Positions 11,786 to 21,846 of a stretch of DNA of 64,000 nt are shown one piece after another. The stretch's first letter is position 1. Each line of letters opens with the position of its first letter. The notes beneath the pieces were generated by a model. The model saw only the letters and a list, made by a program, of their open reading frames with translations, was not told the DNA's origin and made no database searches. The translations under genes were made by a program, and so were the position numbers. The stretch is from positions 558,001 to 622,000 of the forward strand of contig OZ374558.1 in the NCBI GenBank assembly GCA_977862235.1. Direction: 5' to 3'. This stretch comes from Dudresnaya verticillata. Lineage: Eukaryota.

Positions 11786-12779
11786 CTGGAAAACTCAATA
11801 CACGTAGATATTACAAGTCGACAAGGCGTGCCCTTTTTGACAGCTGCGTTGCTTCAAAAATTTGATGATGATGACGACTATGACAATCCGCGCTAGCACA
11901 AAGTAAAGAGATTCGCACGCTAAAACTCCGCGAACGCAATCGCTTGCACAGGAAGAACGGCAACACCTCGGCTCTGCAATCGCGCGTCGCGCCCCCGAGA
12001 TCAGCTCACTGCCCGTCGTAATGGGACGGGGTTGCCGGCGGCCGGCCCACGGCCGTACCACTCGGACTCGGGCATCGTGCCCCAGAATCCAGGATCTCTG
12101 GTCATGCTCCTATTCGGCGTAGCCACCTCCAGAGACCACCACAGAACGTAATTGGTCTTGTTATTCCTCCCTTCTTCTCCTCTTCTGACTGATGGCCTCC
12201 GGGACATCCCTTGATCAAGAGCCTGTTGCATCGCCTTCCACGCTTGTGCTGCATGGGACAGGGTGTCCATTTCACTTTACAGCGCTGAACAACGGCTCAC
12301 AGTACTCGTACACACTGTTGAAGAAGAGATGAGGTGCTGGGCGTCACACAACGGTGATGATGATGCGCTGAAACAAAAGAACGTTTTGCTCATCCATGCG
12401 CATTGGCATCCATATTGGGGTTTCGGAAGCTTCGAGAACTCCATGAGCAGAAAACTTGCTTAGTCTATACCGCCATGTCTGAAAGTTCAGCAACGGATTG
12501 AGCTCAAGAAAGAAGAGAGATAAAACTTTGATGAGGACTGAAACTCTCCATTAGGGAGCTTAAGGGGGTAAACGTCACTTTACGAAAGGATAAAGCTAGA
12601 GCATCCCTACTGGATACTCGTAAGCACTACATAGCTTAAGGGAGGTTACTCAGAAGAGCGGTTCCACTAGTGGAAGCCTGCTTGCATCGATTGAAGCTGA
12701 GACCGACACATTGCAGGACGTCAGATACAAGACGAGTAGTGGAGTGAAGCTTTTCAACAGCTGGTGGAGTCCCCTTATT

Positions 12780-13350
12780 CATATCCGACTAAGACCGACA
12801 GCGTTGGAAAAAGATCCCGTCTGGTTCTAATCAAGGGAACTTATTAAATCCCAGCCCTTTTCTTTCTCGCATCACGCAGTTTGATTCAATGATCGGGAAC
12901 GAACTTTACGAACCTTCTAAAACGTAACTCCCTTAGACGGACAGAAAAACAGTATGAACTAACCAAAGGGAGCAGGCGAGTAGCGAGGGAAAGCTGTCCG
13001 GAAACTGTTGATTTGCCTTGCTTTACAGAAAAATGCAGCTATGTGATGAATTCCAAGGTAAAGCCCGAGATGGGAGTGGGCACTTTTTGTTCAATGCGTT
13101 TCAGACGATAATCCAAAGCAAGATGTAGGACCTACAGACCCATCATTATCATCACAGCGTTATTGAAGCAAGACGAGCAACAGGATACCCTAACGGCTTA
13201 CTCTCTGGTGAATAGGGAAAAGCCAGGAGGGACAGGATGTCAGCAATTCATGGCGAGGGCAAGGGTCTAGAGAGTGCGGGGAACAAGAGGCGGTACCAAA
13301 GATTGGTATTCAGGGATGATATTAGTCCTTCTGTGCCAACTTTCTACATC
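12780..13350 (+). mobile_element. Very degraded CRE-like RT remnant
   Basis: Traces in the expected order across frames: IRLRPTALE, NAFQTI, EQQDTL, FRDDI. Confidence 0.35.
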
Positions 13351-13436
13351 GTGTGCAACGTTTTCTTGGACAGAGCGGCAGCGAAATTTATCTCATCTAC
13401 CGAGTCTGAAGGCACTTTGCACATCGATGTTTATCT

Positions 13437-13701
13437 ATTGACATTCACGGTGGCATTGGCCCCGAATTCCATACCGCACTCCAAAAGCTCGCTGCTTTCC
13501 TGGCCACGCGCCGGGGGACAAATCCTACTACTGAATACCATTCGTTAGTTTCACCACTGTTTTCCCGCATTCTCCAGTTCACCGCCCTCGCCGTGAATCG
13601 CAGACGTCCGGTTAGCCCAGTCCTTCCAGCAGTCATCAGTCGCTAAGTCATTAGGGTTTCCGCTGTTCGTATTGCTTCAATAAAGTTGTGATGATGATGA
13701 T
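13437..13701 (+). mobile_element. 5'-truncated CRE-like 3' end with (GAT)n tail, family D
   Basis: IDIHGGIGP ... RILQFTALAVNRRRP*; AATAAAGTTGT(GAT)n; 11-bp TSD GATGTTTATCT at 13426-13436 and 13702-13712. Confidence 0.85.
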
Positions 13702-13810
13702 GATGTTTATCTTGTTGCAACATTTCTTAATTTTGAGAGAGAAAAGCTACGAATGGATGCATTGGACCATGCAAAGTGTCTAGACTAGTAGAAGAGGGCT
13801 TTAAATCAGA

Positions 13811-13824
13811 GATGATATGGAGAC
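13811..13824 (-). mobile_element. 14-bp retrotransposon-terminus micro-insertion
   Basis: Minus strand reads TAAAGGTCTCCATATCATCTCT across the junctions; 12-bp direct repeat CTTTAAATCAGA at 13799-13810 and 13825-13836. Confidence 0.65.
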
Positions 13825-14115
13825 CTTTAAATCAGAAAGAGTGTTCGAGCAGGCGGGAATCTCTACCACTGCTCTTTGACAGAACAGGAGTATTTTCTCC
13901 TCGATCTCAAACCGCTTCTCAAGTTTTCGGAAGACAGGTTGAAGTAAGGCAAAACCAATGTGCCTATTATCCTTGGCTTCCAATCCAAAACTTTTGGTAC
14001 CCACTCTCCCTAAGTCGATGCGCTTGTCGCGTAAGTTCTGAGTAAAGCTTTTCTCTCTCTCAGTTCTACCTTCTCCGCATAATTCCAGCCAGTACGATTC
14101 CTTCGCTATAACCAG

Positions 14116-14146
14116 AGATGGGGACCTTTATGGATAGGAAAGACTA
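14116..14146 (-). mobile_element. 31-bp retrotransposon 3' end insertion
   Basis: Reverse complement TAGTCTTTCCTATCCATAAAGGTCCCCATCT; perfect 12-bp TSD CGCTATAACCAG at 14104-14115 and 14147-14158. Confidence 0.9.
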
Positions 14147-14416
14147 CGCTATAACCAGTGCCTCCCCTCCAGAGGTTTACGCATAACTTCGAAGATTCTC
14201 GCGAATTCCATGTGAGCAGATGCGTACTGTTTTGCACATTCAATAAAAATCAAAGGCCGGCATGTATTCGCGCAAACCTGTTGCTCCTTTTGAAACGGTG
14301 TTCACTTCCACTACAAGGAACTCCAAAAATACAGTTTTCGGAACCAAGCGCGCCTATGATGAACAAGGAATACTAAGGGTGAAGAGATTGCAATGATGCT
14401 GTGCTCTAATTGTTCT

Positions 14417-15424
14417 TTACTTGACTTTGGTCCGTTCACTAACATATTCGTTGTCGATCCAGTCAAAATCTGCATCGTTCTTAAACCCTTCTTCTTTCAA
14501 AGCTGACTGGAGCAAATTGGTGAGATAGCTATATGCGGGAAACTCTGAGAATTCGAGGTTCATGACATACTGGACAAACTCGCGCATAGGTAGGGGAAAA
14601 TCTCTGCATAGATCTGGAACTGAAGTACTACTTTTCATCTCGAATGTCTTCCTATTCGTATCTTCAGTAGAGCTTCCCTTGACATGTTTCCAGGGAAGCC
14701 CACTTCTCAGTTCTACAAGGGTAAACACTAACGACTGAAGGTCGTCTCGGCGAGTGAGGACAATACCCATATGGGCATTGAGTGAGGCATACCTTGTTGT
14801 TCCATACACGCCAGTACCGCTTATGAATTTCCTCCCGACGTGGCGCTTTGTTATCAAGTCGATATTTTCTTTGGAAAGCCCAAAGTCAATTAGGTAAATT
14901 CTGTGTGGGTCATCTAGCCCGGTGAGAAGGTTATGCGGTTTGAGATCGAGATGGACAACTCCGCGAGAGTGAATCGACTGAAGTCGATCAAGGATCTGAA
15001 TTCCTACCATAAGCACCGACTTGAGCGAAAGCTTTCCACCCTGAGCCTTGAGGATTTCACGCAAGGATGGCCCGAGCAGGTCCATCGCCATGACGGGAGT
15101 GCCATCCAAGATTTCGTAGAAGATTGGTTTCGGGACGCCTGGTACGTTGTCAGAGTAGTAGAACAATTTGTTATAGATGTGATGCTCGTTCTCAAGATCG
15201 TCTTTTCTCATTCCAACCTTGAGAGCGACGCGCTTGTGTGTCTTCTTGTCAATGGCGGCATACACGTATCCATAGCTTCCGTTACCTTTGAGATCCCCAA
15301 CCTCGAAGTGGTTTTCAATAAGAGTCTGGTAGTCTAAGAATTCGACTGGTTCCAGCAGCTCGGGTGGGATTTCCCAACCACTCGGAAAATCGTTGACCCC
15401 GGACTGGGACAGGGTGGTTGACAT
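14417..15424 (-). CDS. Casein kinase 1-like Ser/Thr kinase (non-RD)
   Basis: GNGSYG, VALK, MDLLGPSL, HLDLKPHN, IDFGLSK, GTTRYASLNAH, TRRDDLQSL, LPW, FDW; first ATG at 15424; TATA-like element near 15520. Confidence 0.93.
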   Translation of the reverse strand: MSTTLSQSGVNDFPSGWEIPPELLEPVEFLDYQTLIENHFEVGDLKGNGSYGYVYAAIDKKTHKRVALKVGMRKDDLENEHHIYNKLFYYSDNVPGVPKPIFYEILDGTPVMAMDLLGPSLREILKAQGGKLSLKSVLMVGIQILDRLQSIHSRGVVHLDLKPHNLLTGLDDPHRIYLIDFGLSKENIDLITKRHVGRKFISGTGVYGTTRYASLNAHMGIVLTRRDDLQSLVFTLVELRSGLPWKHVKGSSTEDTNRKTFEMKSSTSVPDLCRDFPLPMREFVQYVMNLEFSEFPAYSYLTNLLQSALKEEGFKNDADFDWIDNEYVSERTKVK

Positions 15425-17270
15425 ACTTTCAGTGTTGTTGATGTGAGTGTTGAGAAGTTGGCTTGATTTCGTGCAGATCCAGGATCGCAGTGAAAGACGT
15501 GACAAGGGTGGGGTGTCTTATATTGTGTCTAAGCCTTCCAGTCGTACAGTCGTACAGCAAAAGCATCATTTTGGAAGGAAGGCGTCCAGAGCAAGAGGAA
15601 ATGGCATTCAAAATGTGGACATTAAATCATACTCAGCGGACGTCATTTGAAAAATTGGTCTTTTCTTCGTCGGAACGGGCGTAGACACAGCCAAAATCTG
15701 GGCCGCGAAGGGCACACTGTCTCATTCAATGGTGTCCCTACACATGGGTCCTTGCCTCTCTCATAGGATCATCCTAACGAAACAAGGAAACTAGAAAGAG
15801 GCACATTAAAAGTAGAAGGGCAAGATCTCAACCGACCAAACTATCTGTTTGTGTTAAAGAAACGGAGAAAATTCCAAGTTATGCCACATACGCTAAAGCT
15901 GCAAGTAGCTTTATAGTAGAGGTAAAGCTATACAAACTTCATAAAACTTCGCCTATATCTCTTGTCGTTCGCCCAAGCTGATGACGAAAACCTGGTACAA
16001 AAATACCGTTCCAGTTTTCTGACGCGTTTCACAAACATTGAGCGTTGAGATTGCCCGAGTCAGCGATTGGGAGCTCCTCAGGTTTACGGGGTATAATCAA
16101 GCGAAGAGAAGACGCTAAATAGTGGCCTGGCGATTCTGACAACCACCTTTATCACTGCTTGAAAGAAGAAGGTGAGCGACCAAACTAGATTGTGAATGTT
16201 GAACTGAACTGCGTTTGGATTTGGGCTGACGAAGCCAAAAGCAGGGGTTTAAAGGCTGTATTCTATCTACGTGAATTAATGGCTATGTAATCATTGAACT
16301 AGGGCAGCATGAGGGTAGCGGGTTGTTTCAATGCATCGATATATCGCGACATATCGCGACATATCGAATATTATCAGTGCTTCACAATAAACCAAGGACA
16401 GGGGCGCGGGTTGAAGCTCAGTGTTGCTGATGCAACTCTCCGAGACCACTAGTACTGAAAACACAAGGAAAGTAAAACATAGAGATGTTTTGACGCTCCA
16501 AGAAGTTACAACGCCTACATCAGATATTCGTAAAGTCCAAAGCACCACTATTCGCTTGCAATAAATACTTAGCACGAAGAGAAATTATTCCATAAATGAG
16601 AAAGGAGAAAATTACGCTGATATCATTAAGCATAACAGGATTTGTTGAACAGGCTAATTTGCAAGCACAGCAATAAAAAAGGATCTTCGAGAGGGTGACA
16701 AGAACATTACACATCTCGAACCAGGGTATCTGTCTGCAAAACACCTTCCAAGCCATAAATAATGGTATCTCCTGCTCCCTGTCCAAGGGTATTCCAGTGA
16801 GATTGGTGATTTGTCGTTGAACCATTGTTTCTGTGTTCTCACTTCACTAAAAGAGGACCACAAAACATCTAGGCCTAATAAGAAAATGTGCATCTATTCC
16901 TTTGATTCAATAATAATAACATCGTGGTTCTGAGGTCCACTGGAAAGGATTGCCATAATTATGCATTTAGCTTGACTTGCTCCAAGACTGGCAAAAAGTA
17001 GAGAAAACCTGTAGCCAAAAATGTTAGTAGAATCCGAATTCTCGGGGAAGCGAAAACAAGAGCTAAAGCTCATAAAGGCTCCTATGCGCACATGCAAAGA
17101 AGAGGTGGCTTGAAAATAAATTTACTAAAGTTTCTTGTCGTACCTATCCTATCTTACTATTACCTTAAGCGTTCGCTTCTTTTCGCCCAGCGTGGCGTGC
17201 CGATGCACAATACTTCTCTATCCTCGGCACAAGTTGAATCCTACACGACAACTGGAAAGACTCGGACACA

Positions 17271-18275
17271 TCACTGCCATACTCCGAGAGTACACCTTTT
17301 CTTCTGGATCCAGTCAAACGCTCCATCGTTCTTATATCCTTGCGACTTAAGCGCTTTCATGAGAAGCTTGGTGAGGAGGTCGTAGTCTGGCAATTCTGAG
17401 AAGTGGAGGTCCTTAATATGTTTGAAGAACTGGAACATTGGCTCTGGCATGTCCCTCAGTAGCTCGGAAGGGCTAATGTTCTCTTTCATCTCCATCAGCT
17501 TCTGGCGCATTTCGTCACGAGAGGATGCCGGAATCATTGCCCACGGAAGCCCGTGTCTTAGCTCGACAAGCATGTACAGTAGTGACTCCAGGTCGTCCCG
17601 GCGTGTAAGGACAATTTTCTTATGAGCGTTGACTGAGGCATATCTGAGCGTGCCGCAGATGCCTTTGCCGCTGAAGCTGCGCATCTGGACATGTCGCTTC
17701 GTCACTTCGTCGAAAATCCTTTTTGAGTGCCCGAAATCGATCGGGTAGATTTTCTCTGGGTCATTGAACCCAGTCATAGTATTGCCCGGTTTAACATCCA
17801 GATGAACGATTCCGCGCGCATGGATCGAATGAAGTCGCTCAACAAGTTGAATCCCTATCATAAGGACAGACTTGAGAGAAAGTGTCCCACCGTGCCACGC
17901 TGCAACTTCCCACAGAGATGTCCCGAGACGGTCCATAACCATGAAGGACTTGCCGTCTGCCTCCCCAAAGAAAATTGGTTTCGGAATTCCTGGAACTGTA
18001 TCAGAGAAGGAGAACAACACGTTATACACCGCCTGCTCTTTGTCTATGCCCTTCTTTTTCCCTTCGACCTTCACGGCTACTCTCTTTTTCGTCTTCTTGT
18101 CCTTTCCTTCGTATACGTTTCCATATGTACCGCTTCCAATCAAGCTAGAAAGTTTAAAGCGGTTGGCAATGAGAGGATTCCGGTCGATGAATTCATCTCG
18201 GCCATTGGTTGCCGATGCAATGTTATGTCCGCTGCGGGTCGAGTTGCCTTTATTGGGTGATTGGTTCCTAGACAT
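17271..18275 (-). CDS. Casein kinase 1-like Ser/Thr kinase (non-RD), close paralogue of 14417-15424
   Basis: GSGTYG, VAVKVE, HLDVKPGN, IDFG, GTLRYASVNAH, TRRDDLESL, FDW; first ATG at 18275. Confidence 0.93.
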   Translation of the reverse strand: MSRNQSPNKGNSTRSGHNIASATNGRDEFIDRNPLIANRFKLSSLIGSGTYGNVYEGKDKKTKKRVAVKVEGKKKGIDKEQAVYNVLFSFSDTVPGIPKPIFFGEADGKSFMVMDRLGTSLWEVAAWHGGTLSLKSVLMIGIQLVERLHSIHARGIVHLDVKPGNTMTGFNDPEKIYPIDFGHSKRIFDEVTKRHVQMRSFSGKGICGTLRYASVNAHKKIVLTRRDDLESLLYMLVELRHGLPWAMIPASSRDEMRQKLMEMKENISPSELLRDMPEPMFQFFKHIKDLHFSELPDYDLLTKLLMKALKSQGYKNDGAFDWIQKKRCTLGVWQ

Positions 18276-19384
18276 ATTTTTAATACGATGAGAACTGTCC
18301 GAGTGTCGTAATGTTCCGTCTCCTCCTGACAGGATTATGTTCTCTGTGTGCAGACTGGACGGGTTTCCCAACAAAACTTTGTTGGCAAACTGAGGTCTCA
18401 AAATTGCAGATAGGTCTTCTTCTTTTTCAAAGTCTTCTTTCCTTGTTGTCTTCTGGATCTGGATAGGCTAGCTGAGTTCTTGTGTTGAAAATGAGTCGTT
18501 GAAAGAGGTTCGTGGGGGGAAGCCCTGCTCTAATATACAGACAAACTTCACAGTTCTACGAAAAGCTCTAATAGGAGAAACAAAAGAGCAAGAATAGTCC
18601 CCTTATTTTGGGATAAAACGAGCTACGTTGTGTTTGATAGTTTAAACGCGATAACTCTTTTTGGCAGAATACCCATTTGGAAAGTCACAAACAGAAACGC
18701 TTAATGTCAGAACTGGCGGATTCAATATATGGGCTTTTTGAAACATTTTACGGTTTCTATCTCAAGGAACTGAGTCAGGAATGCTCGGCAACGGGTGTGA
18801 ACGAAACCTAACACGCCCCCCAAGAGCCTGCAAGCACCTCGCTAAACGTTGCGTCCACTGGTTTTTATTTTTCTACTACTTGTGCTATAAGTCCTTCCAG
18901 CTCTCTGCCTTTAGTGGTTGCACAGGAGCTGTTAGGGATAGCTTTTCTGTTTCTAAACATTGCCAACACGCAGTACTATGGCGACCGTTAAATGACTCAG
19001 ACCTTCCGCATATTAGGGCCCCTTCTTACGGGCTGTTGTTTTTCTTTCGCTGAAAGCAGCAAGACAACTCTAATGTAAAATTAAGTAACTTTTGAAAGTC
19101 CTGAATGTAGGAAATAATGGACCGCCCTATTTTCTGGAGGACCAGAAAGCCATTTTTGGTATCACAGAGAGAATGAGGAGCCGTATGGGTCAACCAGTTT
19201 CTTTGCCCACGTAACATGCCAATATCTCTCTTCACAGACGGAGAGAAGAACCTGAAGACTCCCCAGCTCTTATAACAGGTTGTTGAATAGCGCAAGTGTT
19301 ACGCTTCTGCACAACCGAAGTGAAGCTTAATTTCGATCCGGAACAAAAAAAGAAAAGTACGTGTAACGCTGCTACACCCACACA

Positions 19385-19867
19385 ATGTCTAACCCTACTA
19401 CAATAGAAGAGCAGGATTTTGATCTCTGTCTCATTCCACGCAATTCCTTGACCACAGAAGAAGAGCAGATGTACAAAAGTGACCAAACAATTGATGGCCG
19501 CTGGTCCATTGGAAAGTTACTGGGACATGGTGGCTTTGGAAGTGTATATGAAGCCACAGATATTGCGACCGGGCAGACGGTGGCCATTAAGATGGTGAAT
19601 GCAGGTCATGTAAACGATGCTGAGAGTGACTCTGAGGTTGTGATTGAGGTTGAGGTTGCGAGTGAGTCTGAGTCTGAGACTGAGGCCGAGGCTGAGGATG
19701 AGGCTGAGGCTGAGGATGAGGCTGAGGATGAGGATGGCGATGAAGACGAGGATGAGAACGAGGATGAGGATGAGGATGAGGATGAGGGTGAGGATGAGGA
19801 TGAGGATGTGGTTGAGGGCGAGGATGAGGACAAGGATGAAGACGAGGACGAGGATGAGGACGAGGAT

Positions 19868-19962
<95 letters not shown>

Positions 19963-20845
19963 TGAAGATGAAGATGAAGATGAAGATGAGGTTGAGGCTG
20001 ACGCTGAAGCTGAGGCTGAGGCTGAGGCTGAGGTTCAGTTTCAGACTGCGGCTCAGGTTGTGGTAGAGAAAGAGCTGAAGACTTACCGTGATATTTTCGG
20101 GGACGAGGAGAACGTTCCTGGTATTCCGAAAATATTCTTCTGTGGAAAGGTAGATGGCATTCCGTCCCTTGTGATGCAGCGACTCGGGCCATCCCTTCGA
20201 GAAGTAGCAAGTTGGCGCTGGGGACGCTTAACACTCAAATCGACGCTCATGTTAGCAATCCGGTGTATAAGGCTGTTGCAGACTGTTCACAGGAGGGGCT
20301 TTGTTCACGCGGACATCAAACCGGAAAATTTGCTTATCGGCCATTCTGACCCTTGGGACCTTTACCTTGTAGACTTTGGGCTGTCCAGGCGTTTTACTGA
20401 CCCTATTACGAAGAGTCCTATTCCGTGTGAGTCGGAGGGGCCGGGCATTTTTTCCGGCACGGCGAGGTATGCATCTGTTCGGACCATGAACAGAACAACC
20501 ATGTTTCCCCGAGACGACTTGGAGAGTATGATGTACGTTCTCGTGGAGATGTATAAGGGCTCGCTGCCATGGACCATGCCCTTCCCGTTTGAAAACCAAC
20601 TGCCTTTTCAATCTGAGATTCGGACTCGGAAAGAAAAGACAAGCCCTGCCGCACTATGCGCCGGCATGCCTTCGGAAATGAAAGACCTATGCTCGTATAT
20701 CAAAATGCTGGGCTTTCTTGAGGCACCCGATTATGAGTACATGGTAAACCTCTTGGAGAAGGCGCTCAAAAATCAGGGAATGGAGAATGATAGAGAATTC
20801 GACTGGGTTGTGGAGGGAGGGACCGTCGGGGTCTTCATGGAATAG
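19385..20845 (+). CDS. Casein kinase 1-like kinase with a long Asp/Glu insertion in the N-lobe
   Basis: GHGGFG, VAIK, acidic tract, LGPSL, HADIKPEN, VDFGLS, GTARYAS, RDDLES, LPW, FDW. Confidence 0.92.
19620..20033 (+). repeat. Coding hexanucleotide microsatellite (GAGGAT/GAGGAC/GAAGAT/GAGGCT)n encoding (ED)n and (EA)n
   Basis: Directly visible and in frame. Confidence 0.95.
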
Positions 20846-21061
20846 TTTGACGAATGCCGCGTTTTCGAACGGCTCTGTATTTAAAGGACATAGTAACTCT
20901 GCAAAGTAAAAAGCACATATTACCCATCCATGGTCTTTCAGGTGATTGTAAAATAAAAAAAAAGCATTCCTTTAACCGCAAGATGTAAAGTATAAATCAA
21001 GCAAGCATCATTTGGTATAAAGGCAAAAAGCCTTACACAAATAAAAATAGTCCTATTACCG

Positions 21062-21248
21062 GAGAGAGAGACCTTTATTAAACAACAAGAGAGAAGCCCC
21101 TTAAGGGGGCTTAGGATTCAGAGCTACCATAAAGAGGCGGAGGAGCAAGCTTGCGGCGGTTGACACTCACCGCCACGCATTGGAGAACTAAAGAGAGTAA
21201 ACGAGTAGTGAGGCGAAGTTTCTCCGTAGACGGAGAGGTCCCGCGCTG
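21062..21248 (-). mobile_element. Family A 3' end fragment
   Basis: Nearly identical to 8140-8322 (RGTSPSTEKLRL..LYGSS*, hairpin, AATAAAGGTCTCTCTCT). Confidence 0.9.
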
Positions 21249-21846
21249 AAGTTGTTCACAAGCACCCTTGTCGGGGACCGGAGGGTGCTTCCCGAGCAAT
21301 CGGTAGGCGGCACGTGTCAAGGAGACGGAACAGCGTCGGGATAGCGGTCCAGTCGCAGACGGTGGGCACAATGAGGTTGGAGGCCGGCGGGACGAAGCTC
21401 CTTGGTACGAACGTCGATAATCCGAGCAACAATATCCATGAAGATGGCTTGCGCGAAAGAATAGCCACCCCCTCGTCCCCCACCGCTATCCAGTGGCTCC
21501 ATCAAAGATAGCCCACAGTCCCATAGCACGTAACAAAATATAGGCCCTTGAGCCCCTTTGTGGGCTCTCAAGTGCGCCTGCACTTGGGCAGGCGCACTGA
21601 TGGGCCTAAGCTATAAGCTACCCGCGTAGGACCACTATTAACAACAATTAAAGAACAACATCACGTGTATGATTTGAGGCAGTAGTCGCGTGATAATAGA
21701 TACTGTACTTTAATAGCTAACTCAGCCGTTCGACAAACGAACGAAAGAAGAAGAGCGGAAGATCTCACAAATTCGCGTAAACCCTTAGACCCCTTGAACC
21801 ACGCTTCCAAATAGGAAGCCTACAATGAAGCACTGTCGAAGAGAAA

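Noticed and set aside
19587..20234. Poly-PR/PH and poly-RT/RM ORFs
   Set aside because: Alternative-frame and antisense shadows of the acidic microsatellite
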